From a virus (taxonomy: Duplodnaviria > Caudoviricetes), in IMG/VR virus record IMGVR_UViG_3300043567_000723: a stretch of 64,000 nucleotides of DNA; one strand, written 5' to 3'. The notes below the pieces were generated by a model. It did no database searches, had not been told where the DNA came from, and saw only the letters and a program-made list of their open reading frames with translations. Of the stretch, positions 56,265 through 64,000 are shown one piece after another. The stretch's first letter is position 1, and the number at the start of each line of letters is the position of its first letter. Position numbers and translations under genes: made by a program.

Positions 56265-56759
56265 ATGACGATTTCGGCTGCGGCAGAAAAACAGCAAATT
56301 GATCGAGATAATTTTGTTCGTAAAACTAAACAACGAGCGAAATTACGCGAGATAGATTTAGATACCAAAACAGCCGGGTACTTAGAGCTGCAGAATATTT
56401 GTGTGGTCCTGCAGCATCTTGCGCAAAAATATGTACCGAACAGCGCGCAGTCATTTTGTGATTTTGACGCGTTAAAGCACGCTACGCGCTCTCTGCAGCG
56501 ACTTGGCTCTAGTATAAAAGTAGCCGCGCATCTGGCCGCGCCGGTTAAAAGCGTAGAAAAAGCCGCCGTGACCAACTCTGTGGAATATCGGACGTTGCGC
56601 AATAAATACATTGCGGCGCTTTCAACTATTGCGGATATAACTGCTAAAAATACTCCGCCCGGTCACCCCGAGTATCAGCGCGGCGTTCGTGAGGGTTATC
56701 GGCGGGCAAGCGACGTGGCTATTTTATTTCTTGAAGACATTCAGACTGGAGCTATTTAA
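56265..56759 (+). CDS. Hypothetical protein
   Basis: 164 aa, AAGGA RBS. Confidence 0.7.
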   Translation: MTISAAAEKQQIDRDNFVRKTKQRAKLREIDLDTKTAGYLELQNICVVLQHLAQKYVPNSAQSFCDFDALKHATRSLQRLGSSIKVAAHLAAPVKSVEKAAVTNSVEYRTLRNKYIAALSTIADITAKNTPPGHPEYQRGVREGYRRASDVAILFLEDIQTGAI

Positions 56760-57025
56760 TGGACTATCACCATTTCATAAATCAGCTTTCTGACCTAAAT
56801 CCGGAAGCAGTATTTTTTGATAACATGGACGCGGCAATCGTCGGTATTGGTCGTATCGGCGGCGACGACCCGGTACCGGTTTACAGCAAGTCAAAGATTT
56901 ACGAAAAATTGTTAGCAGACGGTTTTTCGCTGGAGGACGCCCACGAGTATTACTCCGGTAAATTTTTAGCGTTGCGCGCTGGAGCCGCCACGCCCGTAAT
57001 TATTGAAGATCTGCCGCAGGAGTAA
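56759..57025 (+). CDS. Conserved small phage protein
   Basis: D.AIVG......VYS..KI...L...G.S.EDA.EY. Confidence 0.7.
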   Translation: MDYHHFINQLSDLNPEAVFFDNMDAAIVGIGRIGGDDPVPVYSKSKIYEKLLADGFSLEDAHEYYSGKFLALRAGAATPVIIEDLPQE

Positions 57026-57031
57026 ATTGTT

Positions 57032-57334
57032 GTGGCCACAGTTGTTATTAATCAGCCCGATCACATAGAATTTAGGAACGTTAATGCAGCCAAATTGCCG
57101 GCCGAGTCGCCGACCGTTAGTCTGCAGGCTGGAGATTGGGACGCCGAAAATTACACCGAAACAGGTATTGTTATCGACGTTTACGGGCCACAGCTTCCGC
57201 TTCTTTCGCCGGCAGACGCGCGCAAATTAGCGAAATGGCTAAACCGCGCCGCCGACGATCTAGACGGCCGTAAGCCGGATAAGAAACGGAAAAATCGCTA
57301 TCACTCTGATGACGAAGATAACGAGATCTACTAA
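57032..57334 (+). CDS. Hypothetical protein
   Basis: 100 aa, GTG start. Confidence 0.65.
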   Translation: MATVVINQPDHIEFRNVNAAKLPAESPTVSLQAGDWDAENYTETGIVIDVYGPQLPLLSPADARKLAKWLNRAADDLDGRKPDKKRKNRYHSDDEDNEIY

Positions 57335-57346
57335 TAAGTGCTGGCT

Positions 57347-57940
57347 ATGGCAAATAAGAAAATCTCTGAGCTGCCAGTTAAATCGTCACCTGTCGCAGCC
57401 GACATCATTCCGATAGTTGATGCGGCTACGACGCCGTTCTCTTCAAAACGAACTACGGTCGGCGCCATTGCGTCTGTCGCGGTTGGTTTAATTAGCTCCG
57501 GCGGCATTGTCACCGTTCCCGGCGCGACGGGCCCCACTGGCGTTGGCGTCACGGGGCCGACGGGTCCTACGGGCCCATCCGTTGTCGGTGCTACGGGCCC
57601 GACTGGCCCCTCTGGCGCTGGCTCAAACAACACATACGAATTCACCGTCACTTACTCTGGTTCGTCTCCGTCGTCTATTTCAAATCTGCCGACAGGGTGG
57701 ACGGCCTCTATCGCCGCCAACGACGTCACGATTACGCATAATCTGAACAAGGAGATTAAAGACGTAACTTACTGGGGTTACACATCCGGTACAGATTTGT
57801 GGCGTGCGCGTTACCCCACGGCCAGCAGCGAACTGACGTTAAGCGGCGCGACTAGAAACAGCGCCTTTAAGATTCGTATTTCTAATTCTGTCGTAGCCTG
57901 CGACACCAGTGGTACAGCTCGTATCGTTTGCTTCTTTTAA
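57347..57940 (+). CDS. Virion structural protein with short collagen-like (GxT)n linker
   Basis: ANKKISELP...D..PIVD N-terminus; [18 protein letters not shown]. Confidence 0.75.
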   Translation: MANKKISELPVKSSPVAADIIPIVDAATTPFSSKRTTVGAIASVAVGLISSGGIVTVPGATGPTGVGVTGPTGPTGPSVVGATGPTGPSGAGSNNTYEFTVTYSGSSPSSISNLPTGWTASIAANDVTITHNLNKEIKDVTYWGYTSGTDLWRARYPTASSELTLSGATRNSAFKIRISNSVVACDTSGTARIVCFF

Positions 57941-57957
57941 CAACGAAAACCTGAGCT

Positions 57958-59754
57958 ATGCCATTTACACCTCCAAAGGTTTTGTTGATACGGCTACGCT
58001 CAATGAGCGCAGTGTCGTATTGGAGTGCGGGTGGACCGTGGAATGGATACGCGTACCGCTGGTCTGCGACGCTTGATGTTTCTCCGCAGCCGCACGGGGA
58101 TCCAACAACCCCAACCCCGAATTTTTATGACGGTAATGATATTAAAGTCGGTGACTACATTGTCACTAGCGGTCAGGGTCGAATCCTAAAAGTATCGGCT
58201 ATTACGTCTGCCGCCGATACGGTTGTGCAGTGTGTGTTGGAAGATGAAAACCAACAAAACACACTTTCAAATGAGGGACAAGACGGCGACGGCAGCGTCA
58301 CATCAGACGTAGACGGCCTGTTATTTGAAACAAAAAACGGCTGGCCTATTCTTCATCCGCTGCCTAATTCTTTAAGCGGTAGCTTGCCGCCATATTTCTC
58401 CGCCGACGTCATTGCGCGTTTTATGTACACGCGCATCGACACGGGTGGCGGCGGTAGTTCAACTGTTGGGCCGTCTGGGCCGACTGGCATTACCGGGCCT
58501 ACTGGTCCAACCGGTGTTGGCGCGAGCGGGCCGACGGGTCCTACTGGTCCAACCGCCGTCGGCGCCACGGGCCCGACTGGTCCAACTGGTGTCGGAGTTA
58601 CTGGTGCTACAGGACCTACCGGCGCGTCAGTAAAAATTAAAGGTCATCTTGTTCAGTGGCCGCCAAGCTCGTCGCCGCAGTTTGGCGACATGTGGCTTGT
58701 ACCGACGCCTGTACCAGCTGGTATCCCGTCTAATCTTAGTGCCGTTGCTGGCGACGGCATCGCGTGGGTAGAGTCTGGTTCGGCCGGCGGCTGGCTAAAT
58801 CTTGGCCCTATCCGCGGACCGCAAGGCCCGAGCGGCGCACAAGGCGCTCAGGGTTTGCAGGGCATAAATGGCGTTATGGGTCCCACCGGCCCATCTGGCG
58901 TTTCCGCGAACAGTCTGGTGCTTAGTGTAAACGCGCAAACCGGCGCAGTGTCTTTGCAATCTGATGACATCGCGTTAGATACGGCGATTACGGTAAAAGC
59001 TGTAACGCAAGGCAGTTATGCCGACGGCGTTGTTATTCCAGCTGGCACGCCGTTATCAGATATCATTAAAAATATGCTGCAGGTTCGTGTGCCAGCTACA
59101 TATACGGCACCTACGCTCACTATTTCAACAGTTAATTCTCTGGTATTTGAATACGGCGCTACCGTAGCCGGGAACGTAAACTTGACGTGGGCGCAAAATG
59201 ACGCTGGCGCCGCAACTTCTTTTGCCTACCGCATCGACAATACGTTTGTTCAAACTGTCCCGGGTTCTTCTCCCGCGGCGTTTATTTTTTCAGTACCAAA
59301 CGGCACTGCCGCGTTCACAATGTCTGGGCGGGCTGTTCACACAGCTGGTGCTCAAAAACCAGACAACTTTGGCAATTTTGTCGATCCGGCAATTCAGGCT
59401 GGTACGATATTCACGAGTAACTCGCTGACTTTTACGCCGCAATATAAGCGTTATTGGGGACTCTCTACGGCCACTAGTATTTCTGACGCGCAAATACTGT
59501 CGTTAAACTCCGAGCTATCAGCCACACGCGTTCAAACCAGAAACGACTTCCAGCCCGCTAATCAGTACATTTATATTGCGTATCCAGCAGCGTTTGGGCT
59601 GGCGACGATTAAATTCAACGGTTATATTTCTACCAGCGCTTGGGAATTGACAACGCGATCTTTCGTAAATGCTAACTCGTTCTCTGCGTCGTACCATATT
59701 TATCGCACAAAATACACGCAGAACTCGCCGGACATTGATATTGAGGTGCTGTGA
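57958..59754 (+). CDS. Collagen-like tail fibre/appendage protein
   Basis: Two Gly-X-Y tracts (GPTG, GPQG), SVNAQTGAV motif. Confidence 0.8.
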   Translation: MPFTPPKVLLIRLRSMSAVSYWSAGGPWNGYAYRWSATLDVSPQPHGDPTTPTPNFYDGNDIKVGDYIVTSGQGRILKVSAITSAADTVVQCVLEDENQQNTLSNEGQDGDGSVTSDVDGLLFETKNGWPILHPLPNSLSGSLPPYFSADVIARFMYTRIDTGGGGSSTVGPSGPTGITGPTGPTGVGASGPTGPTGPTAVGATGPTGPTGVGVTGATGPTGASVKIKGHLVQWPPSSSPQFGDMWLVPTPVPAGIPSNLSAVAGDGIAWVESGSAGGWLNLGPIRGPQGPSGAQGAQGLQGINGVMGPTGPSGVSANSLVLSVNAQTGAVSLQSDDIALDTAITVKAVTQGSYADGVVIPAGTPLSDIIKNMLQVRVPATYTAPTLTISTVNSLVFEYGATVAGNVNLTWAQNDAGAATSFAYRIDNTFVQTVPGSSPAAFIFSVPNGTAAFTMSGRAVHTAGAQKPDNFGNFVDPAIQAGTIFTSNSLTFTPQYKRYWGLSTATSISDAQILSLNSELSATRVQTRNDFQPANQYIYIAYPAAFGLATIKFNGYISTSAWELTTRSFVNANSFSASYHIYRTKYTQNSPDIDIEVL

Positions 59755-60029
59755 TGGGTGCGATTTCTGGCGGCATTAATCTTGGCGCGCCTATTCTGCC
59801 CGCGACTACGGAAGATATCTTTCCGACGCATGACGCTAATTACGGCAAAGGCGGCTACCGCGCTGTGGATAACATTACTTTAAGAAATCAAATACCCTAC
59901 GCCCGGCGAGAAGTTGGTATGATTGTGCGCACAACTGACACCAACATAAATTGGATTTTAAAAGTTAACACTGCGGATCTAGAGCAAGCTGTATGGGTCG
60001 AAGAGACACTTGACGGCGGTACTTTTTAA
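59754..60029 (+). CDS. Small structural protein
   Basis: FPTH.A..GKGG..AV....R..IP..RR..GM.V; ends LDGGTF. Confidence 0.7.
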   Translation: MGAISGGINLGAPILPATTEDIFPTHDANYGKGGYRAVDNITLRNQIPYARREVGMIVRTTDTNINWILKVNTADLEQAVWVEETLDGGTF

Positions 60030-60105
60030 CTCGTTTTTTTTACTGTAGACCACCGTTGCACGATATAATCAGATCAGCGCTCACCCCCTAAAATAGGTTG
60101 CTACC

Positions 60106-63100
60106 ATGGCCAACACACTTCGGATCAAACGTCGCGCTTCCGGTAATGCTGGCGCACCTACAACATCGCAGTGCGTTAACGCTGAACTCGCGTTCAACGA
60201 AGTTGACGGCATTCTGTACTACGGCAAAGGCGGCTCTGATACTGCATCGTCGAGCGTCATCGCGATTGGCGCTGAGTTAGGTACTGGCGTCGCGGCGTTT
60301 TTGAAGACACCGTCGAGTGCAAATCTTGCTACGGCTCTGACGGATGAGACTGGTTCTAGCACAGTTGTGTTTTCGAACAGCCCGACGCTTGTAACGCCTA
60401 ACATCGGCACGCCCTCTGCCGGCACGCTGACAAGTTGCACCGGCCTGCCTATTAGTAGCGGCGTTTCTGGTCTCGGCAGCGGCGTGGCTGCTTTCTTGGC
60501 TACACCGTCGAGTGCAAATCTTGCTACGGCTCTGACGGATGAGACTGGTTCTAGCACAGTTGTGTTTTCGAACAGCCCGACGCTTGTAACGCCAAACATT
60601 GGCACGCCCTCTGCCGGCACGCTTACAAGCTGCACCGGCCTTCCCATCAGTACGGGTGTCTCTGGTCTTGGCACTGGCGTCGCCACGTTCTTGGCTACGC
60701 CGACTAGTGCTAACCTAGCATCGGCGCTTACAGATGAAAGCGGTAGTAGCAAAGTCGTTTTTTCGACCAGCCCGACGTTTACCACTAGCGTGTTAACCGA
60801 CAGCACTACGCTCGGCGTATTCGACACAACGGCGACAACAATCAATGCTTTCGGCGCCGCTACAACTGGCAACATCGGCTACGACGGAACAGACACCAGC
60901 GCGACGAATATTTCTACGGGCGCGGCGGCGAGCACCAAAGTAAAAACGATTAATATCGGTACCGGTAGCGCAGCAGGCTCGACTACGAACGTGGTTATTG
61001 GGTCGGTTTCCGGTACAAGTTCCGCGCGAATTTTGAGCACTTTAAAAGTTGGCTCGAACGAAGCCAATTTACCCGGCAAAATCGATGTTGAGTATAACGA
61101 CGGCGGCGGCTACTTGTTCCGCGTCGGTACGAATAACAGAGTAGACATAAATTCACCGTTGTACTTAGGTACGCCCAGCGGCGGCGGCGCCACGTTAATC
61201 GACATGCAGTCCGGGTCTACCGGTATCCCCGGCGATAGCAGCAAAATATTAATCGGCGGCATTACCATAGACTCCGCCGGCCACACGGTTGCCGTTGACA
61301 CATACAAAGGCGCTATTTCTGGGTGCGTCTGGCAGGGCGACGCAATTGGCGCCACATATGGCGGCACCGGGCAATCCAGTTACGCAACTGGCGACTTGGT
61401 GTACGCGTCTGCGTCGAACACTCTCAGCAAACTTACAAAGCCTGCGTCGGCTACGTCAGTGCTGCAGATGACATCGGCCGGCGCGCCTTCATGGAACGCA
61501 GCAACCGGAACCGGCAGCGTTGTATTTTCTACCAGCCCGGCGTTCACAACCAGCGTCACTACGGCAAGCACGACGTTCGCTGTGTTTAACACAGCAGCCA
61601 CGACAGTCAACGCGTTTGGCGCCGCGACCGCGCTCAGCGTGGGCGCCAGCTCCGGCACGACAACGATCAACAATAACTTGGCTGTCACTGGTAACCTGAC
61701 GATCAACGGCACAACGACTACCGTCAACTCCACTACGGTAACGATTGACGATCCAATTTTTACCATCGGCGGAGACACGGCGCCGGCAACAGACGACAAT
61801 AAGGACAGGGGTATTGAATTCCGTTGGCACAACGGTACGGCGCCCAAAATTGGTTTCTTTGGATTCGACGACAGCACCGGCAAGATGACCTTTATCCCAG
61901 ACGCCACGAACACGAGCGAAGTGTTCTCTGGCACGTTGGGTACAATTGACGTCGGCGCCGTGCATATTAGCGGGTCGCAGATTGCGGCTAGCAACCTTAG
62001 CAACGGCGTAACAGGTTCGGGCAGTGTCGTGCTGGCGAGCAGTCCGACGCTAGTAACACCGGCCCTTGGCACTCCTTCGTCCGGTACGCTTACTAGTTGC
62101 ACCGGCTTACCTATCAGCACGGGTGTTTCTGGTCTCGGAGCTAACGTGGCTACGTTCTTGGCCACGCCGACCAGCGCCAATCTTATTAGCGCCGTATCGG
62201 ACGAGACTGGTTCCGGTTCGTTGGTGTTCGCCACCAGCCCAACACTGGTAACTCCGAGCATTGGTGTAGCCACGGGTACGTCTTTTAATGGCCTTACTGG
62301 TTTAAGCAACGCAACTCCGGTTGTAGACGGTACGGCCGCTGTTGGCACCGCCACCACCGCCGCGCGCGCTGACCACGTACATCCTACAGATACCAGCCGT
62401 GCCGCTACGTCCGGCACACTGGCTCAGTTTGCGGCTACTACGTCGTCGCAACTTGCCAGTGTCATCAGTGACGAGACAGGTTCCGGGTCGCTAGTATTTG
62501 CCACCAGCCCGACGCTGGTAACACCTACGCTTGGCGTGGCCAGTGCGACGAGCGTCAATAAGGTCGCAATCACAGCGCCGGCTACTAGTGCCACGCTCAC
62601 GATCGCCGACGGCAAAACACTGACAGCGAACAGGTCGCTGACTTTTACCGGTACCGATAGCACAACGATGACGTTCCCATCGGCAAGCACGACTGTTGCT
62701 GGGTTGGGCACGGCGCAGACGTTTACTGCTGCAAATACATTTAGTTCAACGCTTCAGGTAGGTGGCAGCGCAAGTTTTAATAGCACCGTGTTTATTGCCC
62801 CGCAAAATGAAGTGCCAGCACAAAACGGCGTTTTTATTGTTGCCGGTTCTGGTGATACGCAGGGGCTTTACATCACACACGGCGCCCCGGGCAGCGACGC
62901 CATTAGAATTCTGCCCGCAGAAACCGGAATGACTAGTAACGCCGCGGTTACCATCACTACGCCGCAGTCCGGGCTTATTGGGAATACGACGCTTACACTG
63001 CCAACGTCAACTGGTCGTCTTGCAACAATTGACGAAGTAAACGCTGCCGTTACCGCGGCTATCGGTTATTCAACCAGCTCAACCGACGCGCGCACCGCGT

Positions 63101-64000
63101 GCGTCGCGGCCACAACAACCAATATCACGCTGTCAGGTACGCAAACTATCGACGGCGTTTCCGTAGCTGTCGGCAACCGCGTACTTGTAAAAAACCAAAC
63201 AACCGGCGCAAACAACGGGATTTACGTTGTCGCCGCCGGAGCGTGGTCACGCGCCACGGATGCCGATACTTCTGGGGAAGTAACTACCGGTATCTATACG
63301 TTTATCTTGAACGGCACAACTAACGGCAATAAAACGTTTACGCTTACTACAACCGGCACTATTACGCTGGGCACTACAGATCTTACGTTTGCTAATTTGG
63401 CCGCCGACGCAATAGTTACTGCTGGTACAGGTTTAACTCGCAGCCGCACCACACTATCGTTGACTGCTGGCGTAGTGGCGACTGGAACATACCGCAGCGT
63501 GACGGTCGATACGTATGGCCGCGTCACCGCAGGTACAACACCGACGACGTTTACTGGCTACGGGATCAGCGACACAAGCGCAAATCTTGCTGCGGCTATC
63601 ACAGACGAGACTGGCTCTGGTTCGCTGGTATTCGCCACCAGCCCGACGCTTGTGACGCCCAACATTGGTGTCGCTACTGGTACGTCTTTTAATAGCATTA
63701 CTGGTTTAAGCAGCACAACGCCTGTTGTAGACGGTACGGCTGCTGTCGGCACCGGTACAACGGCAGCCCGTGCCGATCACGTACATCCGACTGACACTAG
63801 TCGCGCTGCTACGTCCGGTACGCTAGCCCAGTTTGCGGCTACTACATCAGCGCAACTTGCCGGCGTTATTAGTGACGAGACTGGCTCTGGTTCGCTGGTA
63901 TTCGCCACCAGCCCGACGCTTGTGACGCCCAACATTGGTGTCGCTACTGGTACGTCTTTTAATAGCATTACTGGTTTAAGCAGCACAACGCCTGTTGTAG
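60106..64000 (+). CDS. Long tail fibre protein, partial (continues beyond the window)
   Basis: MANTLRIKRRASG...ELAFNEVD (Mtd-N-like); repeated TDETGS.S.VF..SPTLVTP modules; NITLSGTQTIDGV...RVLVKNQ...NGIY still in frame at 63061; missed by the ORF track because it has no stop. Confidence 0.85.
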   Translation, partial: MANTLRIKRRASGNAGAPTTSQCVNAELAFNEVDGILYYGKGGSDTASSSVIAIGAELGTGVAAFLKTPSSANLATALTDETGSSTVVFSNSPTLVTPNIGTPSAGTLTSCTGLPISSGVSGLGSGVAAFLATPSSANLATALTDETGSSTVVFSNSPTLVTPNIGTPSAGTLTSCTGLPISTGVSGLGTGVATFLATPTSANLASALTDESGSSKVVFSTSPTFTTSVLTDSTTLGVFDTTATTINAFGAATTGNIGYDGTDTSATNISTGAAASTKVKTINIGTGSAAGSTTNVVIGSVSGTSSARILSTLKVGSNEANLPGKIDVEYNDGGGYLFRVGTNNRVDINSPLYLGTPSGGGATLIDMQSGSTGIPGDSSKILIGGITIDSAGHTVAVDTYKGAISGCVWQGDAIGATYGGTGQSSYATGDLVYASASNTLSKLTKPASATSVLQMTSAGAPSWNAATGTGSVVFSTSPAFTTSVTTASTTFAVFNTAATTVNAFGAATALSVGASSGTTTINNNLAVTGNLTINGTTTTVNSTTVTIDDPIFTIGGDTAPATDDNKDRGIEFRWHNGTAPKIGFFGFDDSTGKMTFIPDATNTSEVFSGTLGTIDVGAVHISGSQIAASNLSNGVTGSGSVVLASSPTLVTPALGTPSSGTLTSCTGLPISTGVSGLGANVATFLATPTSANLISAVSDETGSGSLVFATSPTLVTPSIGVATGTSFNGLTGLSNATPVVDGTAAVGTATTAARADHVHPTDTSRAATSGTLAQFAATTSSQLASVISDETGSGSLVFATSPTLVTPTLGVASATSVNKVAITAPATSATLTIADGKTLTANRSLTFTGTDSTTMTFPSASTTVAGLGTAQTFTAANTFSSTLQVGGSASFNSTVFIAPQNEVPAQNGVFIVAGSGDTQGLYITHGAPGSDAIRILPAETGMTSNAAVTITTPQSGLIGNTTLTLPTSTGRLATIDEVNAAVTAAIGYSTSSTDARTACVAATTTNITLSGTQTIDGVSVAVGNRVLVKNQTTGANNGIYVVAAGAWSRATDADTSGEVTTGIYTFILNGTTNGNKTFTLTTTGTITLGTTDLTFANLAADAIVTAGTGLTRSRTTLSLTAGVVATGTYRSVTVDTYGRVTAGTTPTTFTGYGISDTSANLAAAITDETGSGSLVFATSPTLVTPNIGVATGTSFNSITGLSSTTPVVDGTAAVGTGTTAARADHVHPTDTSRAATSGTLAQFAATTSAQLAGVISDETGSGSLVFATSPTLVTPNIGVATGTSFNSITGLSSTTPVV
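60307..60593 (+). repeat. Direct repeat, 92 nt identical, 195-nt (65 aa) period
   Basis: 60307-60398 equals 60502-60593; a third, diverged unit follows. Confidence 0.85.
63604..64000 (+). repeat. Direct repeat, 127 nt identical, 270-nt (90 aa) period
   Basis: 63604-63730 equals 63874-64000; diverged copy near 62200-62480. Confidence 0.85.

Noticed and set aside
57520-58900. GGN-periodic DNA repeats
   Set aside because: Explained by Gly-X-Y collagen-like coding.
1-60000. Numerous minus-strand and alternate-frame ORFs in the track
   Set aside because: They overlap well-formed, translationally coupled + strand genes and show no recognisable motifs or RBS.
60040-60069. Promoter with perfect TATAAT (60064-60069) upstream of the fibre gene
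   Set aside because: No acceptable -35 at 16-18 nt and no extended -10; not supportable.
60219-63986. Long minus-strand ORFs over the tail fibre region
   Set aside because: Antisense shadows of the Thr/Ser/Gly/Ala-rich + strand fibre gene, which is open from 60106 to the window end.
1-64000. CRISPR array, TIGR-like array or 5-nt periodic GGY/NN guide array
   Set aside because: None seen by eye. The only periodic GG patterns are 9-nt collagen codons (57520-58900) and a weak acgg recurrence at 22541-22580. A computational scan is still warranted.
1-64000. Stop-codon reassignment suggested by jumbo-phage character
   Set aside because: Core genes (PolA, SbcC, helicases, primase) are intact in the standard code, and TAA, TAG and TGA all end genes.
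60307-64000. Diversity-generating retroelement TR/VR pair
   Set aside because: Repeat copies are identical or differ at mixed bases rather than adenines only, lie in tandem within one gene, and no reverse transcriptase is present.

Overview
This window is 64 kb of a large tailed dsDNA phage genome. Every credible gene is on the + strand and the standard genetic code fits. The host is probably a planctomycete; this is an inference from a Pirellulales-style secreted Cys-rich peptide gene and the style of the attC-like sites. Layout: (1) 1-18.2 kb, early/accessory region of small genes (DUF6878-, DUF6915-, DUF3085-, DUF6745-like, ParB-like, SEC-C, MazG-like), two hairpin-rich intergenic segments, and a block of short paralogs carrying an 'LTDEERE...LRGLLER' module interleaved with integron attC-like sites that are reversed relative to the genes. 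(2) 18.2-50.4 kb, DNA metabolism: DEDDh exonuclease, tRNA-Gln, SbcD/SbcC, a degenerate IS110/Nop-like protein, a stand-alone RAMP (Cas7-like) protein, SF2 helicase, DnaB-like helicase, primase, UDG-fused PolA, RecA, RuvC and a GT-A glycosyltransferase. (3) 50.4-64 kb, putative portal, GT-B glycosyltransferase, SpoT-like HD protein, dTMP kinase, collagen-like proteins and a long repeat-containing tail fibre that runs off the window. Two candidate undescribed systems stand out: the adjacent IS110/Nop-like plus RAMP gene pair embedded in the replication operon, with no CRISPR array or cas1/cas2 in the window, and the integrase-less reversed-attC cassette array of shuffled small genes. All family assignments are by-eye motif recognition; no database search was run.
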